From Paraspadella gotoi (taxonomy: Eukaryota > Animalia > Chaetognatha), in the NCBI GenBank assembly GCA_051294375.1, contig CM119264.1, forward strand, positions 16,713,245-16,777,244: DNA of 64,000 bases. The letters run 5' to 3'. The notes under the pieces are model-generated. The model searched no databases. It was not told the DNA's origin and was given only the letters and a program-made list of their open reading frames with translations. Both the position numbers and the translations under genes were made by a program. Below are positions 62,101 to 64,000 of the stretch, in pieces. Position 1 is the stretch's first letter, and the number at the start of each line of letters is the position of its first letter.

Positions 62101-63936
62101 TTCAGTTTCCTGAAGGTAAACTTAATGAGCGTCCTTGAAAGCAAATTTTCTTCACAATCATTCTTTGCATCTTCTCTTCTGAAATCATTATAATCATCAT
62201 CAATTATTCCTAATCTTCAAAAATCTTAGGCAAGGGCTCAATTAACATAGCGGTCTACTGTAATGTAACATGAAAAATCTTTTTTTACCAAAAGCAGGAC
62301 AACTTTATAAATGTAACATCACCTAATTTTTTTTTATCAATTTTCAAACCAAAAATCCCCCTTCATTTGAACTTTGCATTGTGTCAACAATAATACAAAT
62401 AAAAAACATTATAATGGAGATTCAAAAAAAAACTGTATTAACTCATCTTTCCGGTGGTTTTATCAAATTAATAATTCACCTAACCAATTTGACACAGCGT
62501 TCATTTGTAAAGTGACGGTACGATTGAGACACTCTGTAAATACCTAAGCCCCAAATAAATCAGTTACTATGTCTAGTGATGTATAGACCTCCATCCTTGG
62601 TGTTGCAGGAAGTTGAAGGACGACTGGAAGAGAAGCTCTTTCGTCCCGTCGGAGAGCGATGGCGAGGAATCTCAGATTTCCCGCCGTAGTCCGGATTCGG
62701 AGATCCGATGGGCAAAACTCGTTTTAAATCGACGCAATAAGTGGAAATGCTGAAAAAAAAGAAGATATTTCTCAATCGTCACAAATCGGAAACTCTTCAA
62801 CCGCTTCAACCAGACGGTATATTTTAACTGAACAACGTCGTTTTAGAAATGTAACAGAACCTGGACTGCGAAAAAGTGACACCGATGAGTTGAAATCCGG
62901 AGACGGCTATGGACGCCACATTTCCCCATCCCGACGCAATAGTGTCGAATACTTCAGCCGGCTCCCAGCCGTAGCTCCGCACCAATTCGGGGGAAGCAGA
63001 GAACAAGCAATCTACGAAGCAAATAAATATAACATCGCAATTCTTTTTTTTTTTCACGATATACTTATATCCTAAAACGTCTAAATGTTATGAATGATTC
63101 AATTCCCCCTTTAATTAAACCATACTCCAACCTATTCTTAACAATTCTTCACTTTACTTTTATCTTTCCAATCGCAAAGTTGCTTTCGACTCAATTTTTC
63201 ATGTTTTCATCCATCTTACCAGCGGTTTCGGGTAAAACAGAATGCGTTTGACGTTTCCGGCATCCGGAACCGAGGCGCTGACCAACTCAAAACATCCGAG
63301 GTCCCAAAACCGGATAGTCTTGTCGGCGCCGGCGGAAGCGAGAAGACACTCGTTTGGGTGGAACTCGATGGCGTTGACGGCGGCGGTGTGATCCGTAAAC
63401 TCTTTGATCATCTTGCCCGCTTGCAGATCCCAGATTTTAACGACGCCGTCTTCTCCTCCGGACGCCAGCCATCGGCCATCGGGTGTGAATCTGCAAATAA
63501 TAGTAGTCTTGATTCTTAAAGGATTTCTAATTGATATTTTAACATAAGTATCTGCTCTTAGTTCATTTTTTGACACTCACCTTAGACAGTTGACAGTTTT
63601 CGTGTGGCCCTTGTAGGTAAAGATGCAACCCTTACGTTTTGTGTCCCACAGCTTGATGTTGGTATCCATAGAGCCGCTGGCCACGAATTCGCCACAAGGG
63701 TGAAATTCGAGGCTCCGAATGTTTGCCTAAGCGAACACCAACGAAAGGCGAGATCATTCATCATTTTACTGCAAAAACTGATAAATCCCGTCGATGGGCG
63801 ACCTTGTGGCCGGTGAGAACTCTCGTCATCTTGGCGGCTTCGAGGTCCCACACTTTTAAGGCACCGGATCGAGTTCCTGTGACGAGGGTCTCCTCCGAAT
63901 GACCAAAACGCACGGCTTCAACGGCGGTCGTGTGGC
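59167..63936 (-). CDS. KATNB1: Katanin p80 WD40 repeat-containing subunit B1 (5' end outside window); exons 63803-63936, 63581-63726, 63220-63490, 62861-63011, 62589-62749, 61259-61660, 59767-59966, 59587-59706, 59356-59508, 59167-59277
   Basis: WD40 repeats [44 protein letters not shown]...[28 protein letters not shown]...[28 protein letters not shown] motif, Pro/Ser linker, and con80 C-terminal domain ([48 protein letters not shown]). GT-AG phases are consistent except one apparent 1-nt loss near 63230. Confidence 0.95.
60759..61217. mobile_element. TA-flanked Tc1/mariner-type MITE in a KATNB1 intron
   Basis: ~33 bp imperfect TIRs CCCCGTGAGCCAAATCCGATGAGACGAAAGAAA / TTTCTTTCGTATCAGTCGATTAGGCTCACGGGG, TA on both sides. 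Confidence 0.75.
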
Positions 63937-64000
63937 CTGAAAAAGTTTTGTTAATTGTTTATTCTTGCTACTTCTCACTTCTCAAATGCTATATATTATC

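Noticed and set aside
62100-62203. C/D snoRNA-like boxes (ATGATGA...CTGA) on the sense strand of a KATNB1 intron
   Set aside because: The C box lies in a TGA low-complexity run, the terminal stem is minimal and I recognise no rRNA-complementary guide; snoscan would be needed.

Overview
AT-rich animal (probably invertebrate) genomic DNA with short GT-AG introns, CpG-rich exons, many (AG)n/(AAAG)n microsatellites and several MITE/SINE families; the ORF track is mostly noise from repeats and antisense frames. Four genes can be read by hand. (1) A minus-strand exon with four TNFR cysteine-rich domains resembling p75NTR/NGFR (2030-2573), missed by the ORF track. (2) A complete 3-exon cytochrome b561 gene (+, 19301-23540). 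(3) A Shaw/Kv3 potassium channel (-, 26809 to about 47895/50419) with an unusually long (~250 aa) S1-S2 extracellular insert and three candidate alternative first exons. (4) The 3' part of katanin p80/KATNB1 (-, 59167 to window end). The 5' part of the Kv gene lies in a ~3.2 kb tandem duplication in which one copy is frameshifted, probably an assembly artefact; indel errors and N gaps show the assembly is imperfectly polished. The best novelty candidates are an antisense neuropeptide-precursor-like gene inside the Kv intron (39530-40178), the giant Kv3 loop with a furin-type site, and an HDV-like ribozyme-shaped island (about 13893-14032). All of these are inferences from manual reading, not database-confirmed.
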